Shown here in pieces: positions 30,037-43,544 of a DNA stretch of 64,000 nucleotides (position 1 is the stretch's first letter; each line of letters opens with the position of its first letter). Source of the DNA: an uncultured Solirubrobacterales bacterium (GTDB lineage: Bacteria; Actinomycetota; Thermoleophilia; Solirubrobacterales; Solirubrobacteraceae); contig CAVXSE010000001.1 of the NCBI GenBank assembly GCA_963764325.1, forward strand, positions 644,236 through 708,235, in the 5' to 3' direction. Below the pieces are notes generated by a model that worked only from the letters and a program-made list of their open reading frames with translations, had not been told where the DNA came from and ran no database searches. A program made the position numbers and the translations under genes.

Positions 30037-31104
30037 ATGGACGACCCCAGAGCGCCACGCCGGAAGAGCATCAGCGGCGGGCGCGACCACCACGAGGGCC
30101 GCTCGCGCGGCATCGCGATCGGCGCACTCGCGCTCGCGATCTTCGCGGTGCTCGTGATCTTCGTGGACGCCTACGCCGGCTCCACGTCGCAGCCGTCGCA
30201 GCACCCTCACAAGCGGCGCCTCGCGGCGCGGCGCCGGCGCCCGCCGTCGTTCGCCGTCGGCACGACGACGCTCCACTACGTCGACACCTCGCGGACGATC
30301 ACGCTGCCCGAAGGGCACACCGTGCCGCGGCCGCTGGAAACGGTCGTGCGCTACCCCGCGAGAGGCGGCGCCGGCGGCGAAGAAGTGCCCGCGGCGACGC
30401 CAGCGGCCGCCCAGGGGCCGTATCCGCTGATCGTCTTCGGCCACGGTTTCGACGCCTCGCCAACCACCTACGCAGCGCTGCTGGACCGCTGGACGCGCGC
30501 CGGCTATGTCGTCGCGGCTCCCGTCTTCCCGCTCGAGAACAGCAACGCACCCGGCGGCGCGACGCAGGCCGACCTGATCAACGAGCCGGCCGACTTCACC
30601 TTCGTGATCACCCACCTGCTCGAAGAATCAGAACGCGGCGCCGGACCGCTCGCGCACCTGATCGACGCGAACCACATCGCGGTCGCCGGACAGGGAGACG
30701 GCGGCGACGCGGCACTCACCGTCGCCTACGACCCGTCGATGCAGGACAAGCGGATCGACGCGGCGGCAATCCTCTCCGGCTCCGAGATCCCGCAGCTCGG
30801 CCAGTTCACATTCCCCTCGACGGGACCCGCGCTGCTCGCGGCGCAGGGCACCGACGACACGATCAACACGCCGACCGACACATACCTCTTCTTCGACGCG
30901 GCGCCAAAGCCGAAGTACCTGTTGCGCATCGGCGGCGGCGAACACCTCGCGCCCTACACCACCGACGCCGCGCAGCTCGCGCTCGTGGAACGAGTCACGG
31001 TCGCCTTCTTCGACGCCTACCTGAGAAACAGCCGAAAAGCGCTCGCCGAGCTCCAGGCCGTCGGCAACCTCGGCGCCGCCGGCTCGCTGCTCGCAGAACC
31101 CTAG
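30037..31104 (+). CDS. Membrane-anchored alpha/beta hydrolase (chlorophyllase/PAF-acetylhydrolase-like)
   Basis: PLIVFGHG, GYVVAAP, QGTDD, GEH; elbow reads GQGDG. Confidence 0.8.
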   Translation: MDDPRAPRRKSISGGRDHHEGRSRGIAIGALALAIFAVLVIFVDAYAGSTSQPSQHPHKRRLAARRRRPPSFAVGTTTLHYVDTSRTITLPEGHTVPRPLETVVRYPARGGAGGEEVPAATPAAAQGPYPLIVFGHGFDASPTTYAALLDRWTRAGYVVAAPVFPLENSNAPGGATQADLINEPADFTFVITHLLEESERGAGPLAHLIDANHIAVAGQGDGGDAALTVAYDPSMQDKRIDAAAILSGSEIPQLGQFTFPSTGPALLAAQGTDDTINTPTDTYLFFDAAPKPKYLLRIGGGEHLAPYTTDAAQLALVERVTVAFFDAYLRNSRKALAELQAVGNLGAAGSLLAEP

Positions 31105-31130
31105 GCGGCCCGCCGCTGTACGATCGCGCG

Positions 31131-31616
31131 GTGCCTTTCTATCGCGACGCCCTCGTTCGGCTCGGCGCCCAGAAATGGTTCTCCGAGTTCACGGCTGTGG
31201 TGCTCGTCCCGATCGACCGGACGGTGTACAAAGCGACCGGCGGCCGCCTCTCGATGGTCCACGCCGGCCGGTCGGAGGCCCTGCCCTCACTCCTCCTCAC
31301 GACAAAGGGCCGGCGCAGCGGACAGCCGCGGACGACGCCCGTGCTGTTCATCCGCGACGACGCAGACGGCTCGCTGTTCGTGATCGCGTCCAACTTCGGG
31401 CGCGAGCACCATCCCGCCTGGTCGGGCAACCTGCTCGCCGACCCACATGCGTCGGTGCAGATACACGATGAACACCACGACGTCACGGCGCGGCCCGCGA
31501 GCGAAGCGGACATCGAGCGTCTCTGGCCGAAGCTGCTCGAGGTTTACCCGTCCTGGACGAACTACCGCGAACGCACGGACCGGACGTTCCGCGGCTTCTT
31601 CCTGGACACCGCCTGA
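31131..31616 (+). CDS. Deazaflavin (F420)-dependent nitroreductase family protein
   Basis: LLLTTKGRRSGQPR, ASNFG...PAWSGNL. Confidence 0.9.
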   Translation: MPFYRDALVRLGAQKWFSEFTAVVLVPIDRTVYKATGGRLSMVHAGRSEALPSLLLTTKGRRSGQPRTTPVLFIRDDADGSLFVIASNFGREHHPAWSGNLLADPHASVQIHDEHHDVTARPASEADIERLWPKLLEVYPSWTNYRERTDRTFRGFFLDTA

Positions 31617-31649
31617 GAGCGCCGGGCGGCCACGAGCGCCCGGGATAAG

Positions 31650-32660
31650 GTGGCCAGCATGACCGCGGCCACGACAGCGCAGAGCGGCGCGGAGCAGCAC
31701 ACGGACGGTGGGGACGCGGAGATGATCCGCACCGAGGAACTGACGAAGGTCTACCCCGGGGCTGATTTCGCGGCCGTCGACCACCTCAACCTGAGTGTCC
31801 ACGCGGGCGAGATCTTCGGCCTACTCGGGCCAAACGGAGCCGGCAAGACGACGACGGCGGGCATGCTCACGACTCGCGTCGTGCCGACCTCGGGTAGCGC
31901 GAGCGTCGGCTCGATCGACGTGATCCGTCACCCCGCGATCGCCAAGCAGCTGATCGGGACCGTCTCGCAGACCAACACGCTCGACCGCCAGCTCACGGTC
32001 TGGGAGAACCTCTACTTCCACGGGCGTCTCTTCGGCATCGCTGCCGCGGAGTCACGGCGCCTGGCCGACGAGATGCTCGAGCGATTCCGCCTCGCCGACT
32101 GGGCCGCATCGTCCGTCTACGCCCTGTCCGGCGGGATGGCCCAGCGGCTGATGGTCGCGCGCGCGATCCTGCACCGCCCTGCGGTGCTGTTCCTCGACGA
32201 GCCCACCGCGGGCCTTGACCCGCAGAGCCGCCTTGCGCTGTGGGAGGTGATGCGCGAGCTGAACGGTGAAGGCCAGACGATCCTGCTGACGACGCACTAC
32301 ATGGAGGAGGCGGACACGCTGTGCGAGCGCGTCGCGATCATGGACCGCGGCAAGATCCTCGCCCTCGACACCCCGGCGGCCCTGAAGCGCACGCTCGGCG
32401 CCGAGTCGATCGTCACGGTCCGCGCCGGCGGCGAGCTCGAAACGCTCGCCGAACGGCTGCGTGAGGCGATCCCGGAAATCACCCGCAGCCGCGTCGCCGA
32501 AGGTGCCCTCGAGCTCCACGTGTCGGGCAGCGAACGGCTCCTGCCGCGCATCGTCAGCGCCGCCGAGAAGAGCGGGTTTGACCTCGACGACCTGTCGGTC
32601 AGCGAGCCGAGCCTCGAGAACGTCTTCATCCAGCTCACGGGGAAGGCGCTCCGCGAGTGA
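31650..32660 (+). CDS. ABC exporter ATP-binding subunit (DrrA-like)
   Basis: GPNGAGKT, LSGG, LDEP, TTHY. Confidence 0.93.
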   Translation: MASMTAATTAQSGAEQHTDGGDAEMIRTEELTKVYPGADFAAVDHLNLSVHAGEIFGLLGPNGAGKTTTAGMLTTRVVPTSGSASVGSIDVIRHPAIAKQLIGTVSQTNTLDRQLTVWENLYFHGRLFGIAAAESRRLADEMLERFRLADWAASSVYALSGGMAQRLMVARAILHRPAVLFLDEPTAGLDPQSRLALWEVMRELNGEGQTILLTTHYMEEADTLCERVAIMDRGKILALDTPAALKRTLGAESIVTVRAGGELETLAERLREAIPEITRSRVAEGALELHVSGSERLLPRIVSAAEKSGFDLDDLSVSEPSLENVFIQLTGKALRE

Positions 32661-33514
32661 GTTCGACCGCCTTGATCCAGGCCCGCACGCGCCCCGCTGT
32701 GCAGGCCAGCCGCGCCGCGCTGCTGGCGCTGGTGCTACGCGACCTCGTCGTGTTGCGCAAGAACTTCGGCGAATTCGTCGCGCGGACCGTGATCCAGCCG
32801 TTCCTGCTGGTCTTCGTCTTCCTCTACGTGTTCCCGACGATCGGCCAGAGCGTCGGCGGCCGCAACCCGGTGGCGCAGTCGCATTTCGCGACCGTGCTGG
32901 TGCCGGGCGTCGTCGCGATCACGATCATGTTCCAGGGGATCCAGGCCGTCGCTCTGCCGCTCGCGACGGAGTTCGGCTTCACGCGCGAGATCGAGGATCG
33001 CGTGCAGGCGCCGTGCCCGATCTGGCTCGTCGCCGTCGCGAAAATCCTCTCCGGCGCGACCCAGGGCGCGATAGCCGCGCTCGTCGTCTTCCCGATCGCC
33101 GCCGTGGTCCACGCCAAGGGGGTCGAACCGAACCTGCACGTCCACATCTGGATCCTCGTGACGCTGATCCCCCTGGCGTGCGTGGCGATGACCTCGCTCG
33201 GCCTGCTGCTGGGCACCTTCTTCGAACCGCGCAACATCGGTTTGATGTTCGGCTTCGTGGTCCTGCCGCTGACCTTCCTCGGCGGCACCTACTACCAGTG
33301 GCAGCGCCTCTCGCCGGTCGAAGTCGCGGGCATCCACTGGCTGAAGATCATCGTGCTCGTGAACCCCCTCATCTACCTCGCGGAGGGCATGCGCGCGGGC
33401 CTCACCGAAATCGGCCACATGCCGCTTTACGTCATCTACCCGGTGATGACGTTCTTCCTCGTCCTCTTCCTCGCGCTCGGCCTGCGCAACTTCCGCCGCC
33501 GCGTGCTGTCCTGA
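32657..33514 (+). CDS. ABC-2 type permease
   Basis: Six TMs, NPLIY motif, GTGA overlap with ATPase. Confidence 0.9.
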   Translation: MSSTALIQARTRPAVQASRAALLALVLRDLVVLRKNFGEFVARTVIQPFLLVFVFLYVFPTIGQSVGGRNPVAQSHFATVLVPGVVAITIMFQGIQAVALPLATEFGFTREIEDRVQAPCPIWLVAVAKILSGATQGAIAALVVFPIAAVVHAKGVEPNLHVHIWILVTLIPLACVAMTSLGLLLGTFFEPRNIGLMFGFVVLPLTFLGGTYYQWQRLSPVEVAGIHWLKIIVLVNPLIYLAEGMRAGLTEIGHMPLYVIYPVMTFFLVLFLALGLRNFRRRVLS

Positions 33515-33633
33515 GGGGCCCGCGCGCCGCCCCCGCGGCGCGGGAGCGCGGCGCCGGGCGTTCTTCGACGCCCCGCTGAGCTGCGACGCTTTAGCCGTTC
33601 CGTGCCCGCCGGAGCGCTGAATACGCTGGCCGT

Positions 33634-35184
33634 ATGCGCGCAGGAGAGCGGCTCGCGGTGATCGACCTCGGCTCGAACTCCTTCCGCCTCGTCGTGTTCG
33701 CGGCCGGTGAGGGCTTCTGGAGGCGGACCGACGAGATCTACGAGCCGGTCAGGATCGGCGAAGGGATGGGGGAGAGCGGCGAGCTCGGCGCGGAGCCGAC
33801 GCGGCGCGCGCTCGCGACGCTCGACGTCTTCGCCCACTTCTGCCGCGCCGCCGGCCTGGACGACGGCAAGGTCGAAGCGGTCGCCACGAGCGCGATCCGC
33901 GAAGCGTCGCAACGGCGAGGACTTCCTGGCCCTCGCGAGCGAGCATTTCGCCGAGCCGATCCGTGTGCTCAGCGCCCACGACGAGGCCCGCTACGGGTAC
34001 ATCGCGGCCGCCAACTCGACGACGCTCCGCGACGGGCTGGTGCTCGAACTCGGCGGCGGTTCGATGCAGGTGGTGCGCGTCCGAGGACCGCGGCGAGCAG
34101 GAGACCGCGTCGTGGCCGCTCGGGACGGTGCGCATGACCGAGCGTTTCCTGCCGCCCAACGGGGCGGCGAAGCCGCGTCAGCTGAAGGCCCTCAGCGAGC
34201 ACGTCGCGGCCGAGCTCTCGCGCGCCGAATGGCTGCCCAGCGGCAAGCGACGGCGACGGTGTCCTCGTGGGCGTCGGCGGCACGGTCCGCAACCTCGCCG
34301 CCGCCGCGCAGCGGGCGGGCGGCCTGCCGACCGGGGTCGTGCAGGGGGTAGATCTCGAGCGCGGCTGCCTGGAGGAGCTGATCGACGCGGCTCGCGGCGC
34401 TGCCGGCGAACGAGCGGGCGAGCATCCCTGGCGTCAAGCCGGCGCGCGCCGACCTGATCCTCGCCGGCGCGCTCGTCGTTCTCGGCGTGATGCGCCGCGG
34501 CGGCTTCGAGCGTCTGGAAGCGACCGAGGCGGGGCTGCGCGAGGGGATCTTCCTCGAGCGGCTGCTGGCGCCGCACGACCCGCCGCTGTTCGAGGACGTC
34601 CGGCGCGCGAGCGTCATGAACCTCGCGAACCAGTACGACCTTCGACTCCGAGCACACCGGCGCACGTCGCGGCGCTCGCGCTCGGCATGTTCGACCAGCT
34701 CGCGGCGCTCGGGCTGCACGGCGGCGACGCCGCGCGAGCGCGAGCTGCTGTGGGCGGCGTGCATGCTCCACGACATCGGCATGTCGGATCGACTACGACG
34801 ACCACCACAAGCACTCGCGCTACCTGATCCTCAACGGCGGCCTGCCCGGGTTCAGCCCCCGTCGAGACGGCGATCATCGCCCAGGCCGCCCGCTACCACC
34901 GCAAGGGGCATGCCGTCACCGGGACCGCTCGGCGCGCTGTTCGGCGCCGGCGACGCCGAGCGGGCTGGACCGCTGCGCGCTGCTGCTGCGCCTCGCCGAG
35001 GACCTCGAGCGCTCGCGCGACCAGCTCGGTGCGCTCCGTGCGAGCTGAGCAGACGACGGCGAGACGGTCGAGCTGCGCCTGGTCGCCGACGGCGAGATCG
35101 CCGTGCCACGCTGGGCTGCGAGCCGCGAGGGCGGGCTGTTCGCGCCGGGCCTTCGGCCGCGAGCTCTCCGTGAGCCGAGCTTAG
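33634..35184 (+). CDS. ppx: Ppx/GppA exopolyphosphatase with HD domain (many frameshifts)
   Basis: IDLGSNSFRL, ATSAIR, LGGGS, GVGGT, GLREG, LHDIG across frames. Confidence 0.85.
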
Positions 35185-37332
35185 TGGCGCGCGCTCAGCC
35201 GGGCAGTGCGTCGTGTCGAGTCGCCGCGGCGTCGCCCCGCGCAGTCGAACAGCATCAGCGCCGTATGTGCTCGCGTAGGGCGCGTTCCAGATCGCCGGCT
35301 TGAGCTCGACGGCAGACGTGGAGCACGAGCGCGTGGCGGCGTTGCCGCCGCGGTTCCAGTAGGGGCCGCCGAGCAGGACGTAGCGGGCTTCGCCGCGCTT
35401 GACCAGCGCGCCAGAGCTGCGCCGCGCTGAGCGCCGGGTCGGTGCCGCTGTAGCCGGCGAGCGGCGGCGGCCCGGGTGCCCATCAGGATCAGCGGCGGCG
35501 GCCGGCGTCGGAGGCGACCGTCAGCACTGCCCAGCGGCGGCGCGGGTCGTGCGCGCGCACGTAGTCGGCAGCACCGCTTCGTACGTCTCGTGCGGTGCCG
35601 CGCTGCGATGCCGAACGCCGCCGTAGCCGGCGGTGTGCGCGGGCCGGCGGCCGGGAACGTGCCCTCGACCGGCGCTAGCCAGGTCGTGCTCGCGTATGCG
35701 GCCGGGCACGACCAGCAGCAGCGCGAAGGCGACCGCCAGCGCCGGGCCGGCGAGGCGCCGCGACCGCCAGCGACGAGCGCCGCGAGAGCCACGGCGCACC
35801 GCGCGAGCAGGAACGGGATGAACCACGCCATGTAGCGCGTAGCTGGTGCATCAGCGCGCTCTGCACGCAGAGCGTCGCGACGATCGCGAGCACCGCGAGC
35901 ACGATGCCGGTGCGCCGGCGCGCGCCGCGCAGGAGCCGCTCGCAGGCGACGCCCCGCGCCGGCCATCGCGCCGACGCCGGGCGCGAGCGCGGAGACGTAG
36001 TAGGGGTGGACGATCCCCTTGGACTCGCTCAGCACGACCGCCTCGACGAGCAGCCAGCCGCCGAAGCACGAGCAGCGAACGCCAGGCGCGGATCGCGCCG
36101 CGGCTCCGGCAGGCGCTCGCGCCGGCGCACGCCGCGGCAGCGCCGGAGCAGCAGCAGGGCGAGCGCGCAGCGAGGCCCACGAGGGCGAGGGCAGCGAACC
36201 AGGCGGCCTGGTCGCCGAGGCCCTTGCCGAACAGCCGCAGCGGTCCCGGCGGACCTGCCGAAGGCGCGATCGGGCGCGTTCTGCGGCCGTCCGCCAGGCG
36301 CCGGCCTCGTGCGGCGGTGTAGGTGGTCTGGAATTCGCCGCTCGCGAGCCCCAGGCGGCCGCCAGCGGCGGGTGGCTGGCCGGCACGCGGACGGCGGGGC
36401 ACCTGGTTTACGTCGCCTGCCGCTTGGCCGGACGGTCCCGGCCCGCCGACCTGGCCGTCGACCGGCCGACGCCGTTGTAGTCGAACGTCAGCCCGAGCTC
36501 GCTGTTGTTCGTTGGAGCTGCCGACGTACGGGCGCTGCGAGGCGGGTGTCAGTTCCACGAACGCGATCCAGGCGCACGGAGACCGCGAGCATCACCGCGC
36601 CCGCGAGCGCCAGGCGCCCGGCGCGGCGCCGGCGCAGCCGGCCGGGCGCGCACACGAGGTAGCCGACGACGATCCCCGGCACGACCAGGTAGCGCCGCGA
36701 GGGTCTTGGTGTTGAAGGCCAGGCCGACCAGCACGGCGCTCGAGACGAGCGAGCGCCACGCGGCCGCCGCGTGATCGCGGCCCGCAGGGCGGCCCGCAGG
36801 CGCGAGCATCATCAGCAGGAGCAGCAGCGGGTCGACGCCGTTGTCGCGGGAGACGGCGACGAACGAGGGGAAGACCGCAGCGCCAGCGCGGCCCCGCGGC
36901 GACCGCCGCGGCGGGCCCAGGAAGCGCGTTCGCAGCACGACGTAGATCGGCGGCGACCGTCGCCACGCCGATGATCGCCTCCGGCAGCAGCAGGCTGAGC
37001 GGGCCGAAGCCGAACAGCTTCGCGCTCGCCGCCTGCAGCCACAGCGCCAGCGGCGGCTTGTCGACGCTGACTCAGCCCGCCCGGGTCGAACGAGACGAAC
37101 AGGAAGTTGTGCAGCGAGTGCAGCATCGACTTGACGGCCGCCGAGTAGAAGATGTTCGCGTAGCCGTTCTGTGCGAGGCGGTGGGTGTTCAGGACCGGCC
37201 GACACCGGCGACCACCAGCGGCAGCCCGCGCGAGGCTGCAGTCGCGAGCCGTCGCTGGCGCGGTGGCGCTGGCCGCGCGGCGGCCTTCGGCGCGAGCCCG
37301 GCGGCTCGAGCGGCCGGTGTAGCGGCGCTCAC
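35181..37332 (-). CDS. GT39/ArnT-like membrane glycosyltransferase (YkcB-like; many frameshifts)
   Basis: GYANIFYSAAVKSM...FDPGG, VDKPP, SRDNGVD, GLAFNTK, RPYVGSS, HPYY fragments. Confidence 0.8.
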
Positions 37333-38432
37333 GCGTCGAGCGCGTCCGAGCAGCCGCTCCAGGTCGCTCTCGTCGTTCCAGGCGCCGACCGAGGCCCGCA
37401 GCCACGGCCGCCCGGGGATGTCGCGCAGCACGACCCCCGCCTGCGCGAGGCGGTCGCGCTCGCCTGCGGGGTCGTCGCTGTGAAGGACGACGAGCGTCGT
37501 CGCATCGCGCGGGGCGACGGTCGCGGCCGCGCTCGGCGAGCAGCTCGCGCGAGGCGCTCCGCGAGCTCGCGCGGCGCGCTCGTGCACGGCCGCGCCAGCC
37601 GGCCGACTCGAGCAGGTCGAACGCCGCGCCAGCGCGCAGGCCAGCGTCTCGCCGCTCAGGCGAGGCGCGTCCAGGCGCCGGCGCGTCGGGGTGCAGCCGC
37701 GCGTCGAGCCCGTCGCCGGGGTTCGGCGAGGTTCCCGTAGCCGCGCCGCGTCGACCGCCAGGCGCTCGCGCAGCTCGGGCTGACGTGAAGAGCATCCCGG
37801 TGCCGTCGGGGCCGCACAGCCACTTCTGGCCGGCGCCGGCGTAGGCGTCGCAGCCGAGCGCGGCGACGTCCACGGGCACCGCGCCGACGCCCTGGGCGCC
37901 GTCGAGCACCACCGGCACGTCGAGCGTCGCGCGAGCTCGGCCGGCGCGAGCGAGCCGCTCATCCAGCCGACGTGCGAGCAGGCGACGAGGCGCGTCCGCG
38001 GCCCGACCGCCTCGGCGATCTCGCGCCGAGCGGCACCTCGCGCACGCTCGACGCCGCGCAGTCTCGCGCGCCGCGGCGAGCGCGCCGAGCAGCCCCGGGT
38101 GCTCCTCGTCGCTGGTGAGGATCTCATCGCCCGGCTCGAGCGCGAGGCCGCCGACCACCTGCGCGATGCCTTCGGTCGTGCAGCGTCGTCAGCGCGACGT
38201 CCTCGGTCTCGCAGTGCAGCAGCGCCGTCGCGTAGGCGCTCGCGCAGCTGCGCGCGCGAGCTCGCCCGCGGCGCTGGAAGTGGGCCGCGGCGCGGCCGTC
38301 GCGCAGCTCGCGCTCGAGCTCCGTCGGCGGCCGCGCGGACCGCGCCCGCGGCAGCGGGCCGTCGGTGCCGGCGTTCAGGTACGCCGCGTCGCGCGAGCAC
38401 CGGGAACTGTCCGCGCAGCAGCCGGGGTCCAC
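37329..38432 (-). CDS. Class V aminotransferase / cysteine lyase-like (frameshifts)
   Basis: YLNAGTDGP, EEHPG, DGAQ, GQKWLCGP, LRASVG. Confidence 0.82.
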
Positions 38433-38498
38433 GGGCGAGACATACCGCAGCGCGCGCCGACGCATGCCGTGCGCGACGCGCTATAAGGGCCAGCGCGC

Positions 38499-40498
38499 CT
38501 GGATCGACAGGCGCCAGACCGAGCAGCCGCTCTGGGAGCCGTCGCCGCAGCTCGCCGCGAGCACGCGCGATGACGCGCTTCATGCGCTGGGCCGGCGAGC
38601 GCCACGGCCGCGACTTCGCCGGCTACGACGAGCTGTGGCGCTGGTCGGTGGCCGAGCTCGAGGACTTCTGGGCGAGCATCTGGGAGTTCTGCGGGGTGCG
38701 CGCCTCGCGGCCCTACGAGCGCGTGCTCGGCTCGCAGCGAGATGCCCGGCGCGCGCTGGTTCGCCGGGCGCCGAGCTGAACTACGCCGAGAACCTGCTGG
38801 CGCGGCGGCGACGCCCGACGACGATCGCGGTGCTGCACTGCCTCGGAGCTGCGCGCCGCTGGCGAGCTGAGCTGGGGCGAGCTGCGCGCGCAGGTCGCCG
38901 CGGCCGCCGCCGGGCTGCGCGCGCTCGGGGTCGCGGCGCGGCGACCGCGTCGTCGCCTACATGCCGAACATCCCCGAGACGCTGTCGCGTTCCTGGCCGC
39001 GCGCCAGCATCGGCGCGATCTGGTCGAGCGCCGCGCCCGAGTTCGGCGCGCGCAGCGTGATCGACCGCTTCGCCCAGATCGAGCCGAAGGTGCTGCTCGC
39101 CGTCGACGGCTACCGCTACGGCGGCAAGGACTTCGACCGCACGCGAGGCGCTCGGCGGGATCCTCGCCGAGCTGCCGACGGTCGAGCACGTCGTCGTGCT
39201 GCCCTACCTGCTCGACGCACGGCGCCGACGCCGGCGCGGCGCCGCGGCGGCTCGGCTGGGACGAGCTGCTCGCGCTCGGCGAGGGCGCGGCGCTCGAGTT
39301 CGAGCAGGTGCCCTTCGACCACCCCCTGTGGGTGCTCTACTCCTCGGGCACGACCGGCCTGCCGAAGGCGATCGTCCACGGCCACGGCGGGATCCTGCTC
39401 GAGCAGCTGAAGAAGCGCGCTGCACCTCGACCTGCGGCCCGGCGACCGGATGTTCTGGTTCACGACGACCGGCTGGATGATGTGGAACTTCCTCGTCGGC
39501 TGCCTGCTCAGCGAGGCGGCGATCGTGCTCTACGACGGCAGCCCCGGCGTACCCCGACCTCGGGCGTGCTGTGGGAGCTCGCCGAGCGCGCGCGCGATCA
39601 CCTGCCTGGGCGTCGAGCGCCGGGCCTGATCGCGAGCTGCCGAGAAGGCGGGCGTCGGCCGGCGCCGAACACGACCTCGGCGTCGCTGCGGGCGATCGGC
39701 TCGACCGGCTCGCCGCTGGCGCCCGAGAGCTTCCGCTGGGTCTACGAGCAGGTCGGCGCGGACGTGTGGCTGTTCTCGACCAGCGGCGGCACCGACGTCT
39801 GCACCGCCTTCGTCGGCGGCTGCCCGCTGCTGCCCGTCTACGAGGGCGAACTGCAGTGCCGCGCGCTCGGCTGCGCGGTCGAGGCCTGGGACGAGCAGGG
39901 CAGGAGCGTCGATCGACGAGGTCGGCGAGCTCGTGATCACCGAGCCGATGCCCTCGATGCCGCTCTTCTTCTGGGGCGACGAGGACGGCGCGCGGCTGCG
40001 CGAGAGCTACTTCTCGATGTTCCCGGGCGTCTGGCGCCACGGCGACTGGATCCGGATCACGCCGCGCGGCGGCGCGGTCATCTACGGCCGCTCGGACTCG
40101 ACGATCAACCGCCAGGGCGTGCGCATGGGCACGAGCGAGATCTACCGCGCGGCCGCGCGCCGTCCCGGAGGTGCTCGACGCGCTCGTCGTCGACGTGCCG
40201 CGGGCGGCGGCGGCGAGCTGTGGATGTCGCTGTTCGTCGTGCTCGCGCGACGGCGTCACGCTCGACGACGAGCTCGCGACGCGGATCAAGCGCCGCGATC
40301 CGCGAGGACTGCTCGCCGCGCCACGTCCCCAACGAGGTCCTCCAGATCGAGGAGGTCCCGCGCACGCTCTCGGGCAAGGTGCTCGAGGTGCCCGTCAAGC
40401 GGATCCTGATGGGCGCGGCGCCCGAGCAGGCCGCGAGCGTCGACTCGCTCGCCAACCCGCGCTGCGCTCGACTACTTCGTCGAGCTCGCGGCAGCTCG

Positions 40499-40502
<4 letters not shown>
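38499..40502 (+). CDS. Acetoacetate--CoA ligase (many frameshifts; start approximate)
   Basis: [58 protein letters not shown]. Confidence 0.88.
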
Positions 40503-41660
<1,158 letters not shown>

Positions 41661-41718
41661 GCGCCGACCCTAGCGTCCCGGGCAGGAACCGGCGGCAGGA
41701 ACGTCGAAAGAGCCGCCG

Positions 41719-42608
41719 ATGAAGCGAGCAACCACGCCCACGCAGACACCGCCCGTCGACGGCACCAGCGAGCACCAGAGCCTCTCGAAGTACATCCAGG
41801 CGCGCTTCGACGAGTGCTCGCGCTCGCAGAAGGACGTCGCGCAGTACATCGTCGACCACCTCGACGAGGCCGCCTTCCAGACGGCCGAGGAGCTCGCCCG
41901 CCGCGCCAACACCTCGAGCTCCACGGTCGTGCGCTTCTCCCAGGCGCTCGGCTTCGAGGGCTTCCCCGAGCTGCAGGCGGCCGCGCGGGAGGAATACCGG
42001 CGCGTCAACGCGCAGTCGACGCCCGACGGCGGCTCGGCGCCTCGCAGCCGCTGTTCTCGCTCGACCAGAACGAGTTCGAGTCCGCGCTCGCCGCCGACCA
42101 CCTGAACCTCGAGGAGACGGCGCGCAAGCTCTCGCGCAGCGAGGTCGAGGCGCTCGTCGACGCGATCGTCGCCGCCGAGCAAGGTGCTCGTCGCGGGCAC
42201 CGACCAGATGGCCTTCTTCGCGAGCTACCTGCGCCACCTGCTGATGCTGCTCGACCTGCGCGTCGAGGTCGTCGCGAGCCCCTCGCAGGAGGCGCTCAGC
42301 CGGCTCGGCCGGATCGACAGCGCGACGCTCGTGATCGGCCTCTCCGCCGGGCCGCCCGCACCCGCTCGTCGTGCGCGCGATGAAGCTCGCCCGCCACCGC
42401 CAGGCGAGCACCGCGGCGATCACCGACGCGACCCTCTCGGAGGTCGCCAAGCTCGCCCAGATCAAGCTCTACTACTCCTCCAACAGCCCCGCCTTCGTGC
42501 GTTCCCACGCGGCGCTGCTGAGCGATCATCCAGGCCCTCGCCTACGCCGTCTACGCGCAGGACAGCGCGCAGTACGACGACCGCATCAAGGCCTTCCGCC
42601 TGAAGTAG
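41719..42608 (+). CDS. MurR/RpiR family transcriptional regulator (frameshifts)
   Basis: [31 protein letters not shown]; SIS-like C-terminus with AITD. Confidence 0.85.
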
Positions 42609-42654
42609 GCGCGCCTGCCGCGCGTCCGGCGGGCGGCCCTGTCAAACTAGGGCC

Positions 42655-43542
42655 ATGCGCGACGAGTCGACATTCCGCGTCAAGGCGGGCCTGGCCGAGA
42701 TGCTCAAGGGCGGCGTGATCATGGACGTCGTCACCCCCGAGCAGGCGAGGTCGCCGAGGAGGCGGGCGCCGCTGCGGTGATGGCGCTCGAGCGGGTTCCC
42801 GCCGACATCCGCCGCGACGGCGGCGTGGCCCGCATGTCGGACCCCGAGATGATCCACGGGATCCAGCAGGCGGTCACGATCCCGGTGATGGCGAAGGCGC
42901 GGATCGGCCACTTCATGGAGGCCCGGGTGCTCGAGGCGCTCGAGGTCGACTACATCGACGAGTCGGAGGTGCTGACGCCGGCCGACGAGCGCAACCACAT
43001 CGACAAGTGGGCCTTCAAGGTGCCGTTCGTCTGCGGCGCCACCAACCTCGGCGAGGCGCTGCGGCGGATCGGCGAGGGCGCGGCGATGATCCGCTCCAAG
43101 GGCGAGGCCGGCACCGGCGACATCGTCGAGGCCGTCCGCCACATGCGCCAGATCACCGGCGAGATCACGCCGCCTGGCGACGCTCGGCGAGGAGGAGCTG
43201 CCGACCGCCGCCAAGGAGCTCGCGGCGCCGCTGCGACTCGTGCGCGAGGTCGCGGCCGAGCGGGCGGCTGCCGGTCGTGCTGTTCTGCGCCGGCGGCATC
43301 GCGACGCCGGCCGACGCCGCGCTGATGATGGCGCTCGGCGCCGAAGGCGTGTTCGTCGGCTCGGGGATCTTCAAGTCCGAGGACCCCGCCGCGACGGGCC
43401 CGCGCGATCGTGGAGGCGACGACGCACTGGCAGGACGCCGAGCGCGTCGCCGCCGCCTCGCGCGGCCTCGGCGCCGCGATGGCGAGCCTCGAGAGCTCGA
43501 AGCTCGCCGGACGAGCAGCTGCTGGCCCAGCGCGGCTGGTAG
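42655..43542 (+). CDS. pdxS: PLP synthase lyase subunit (frameshifts)
   Basis: [45 protein letters not shown]. Confidence 0.95.
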
Positions 43543-43544
43543 CG

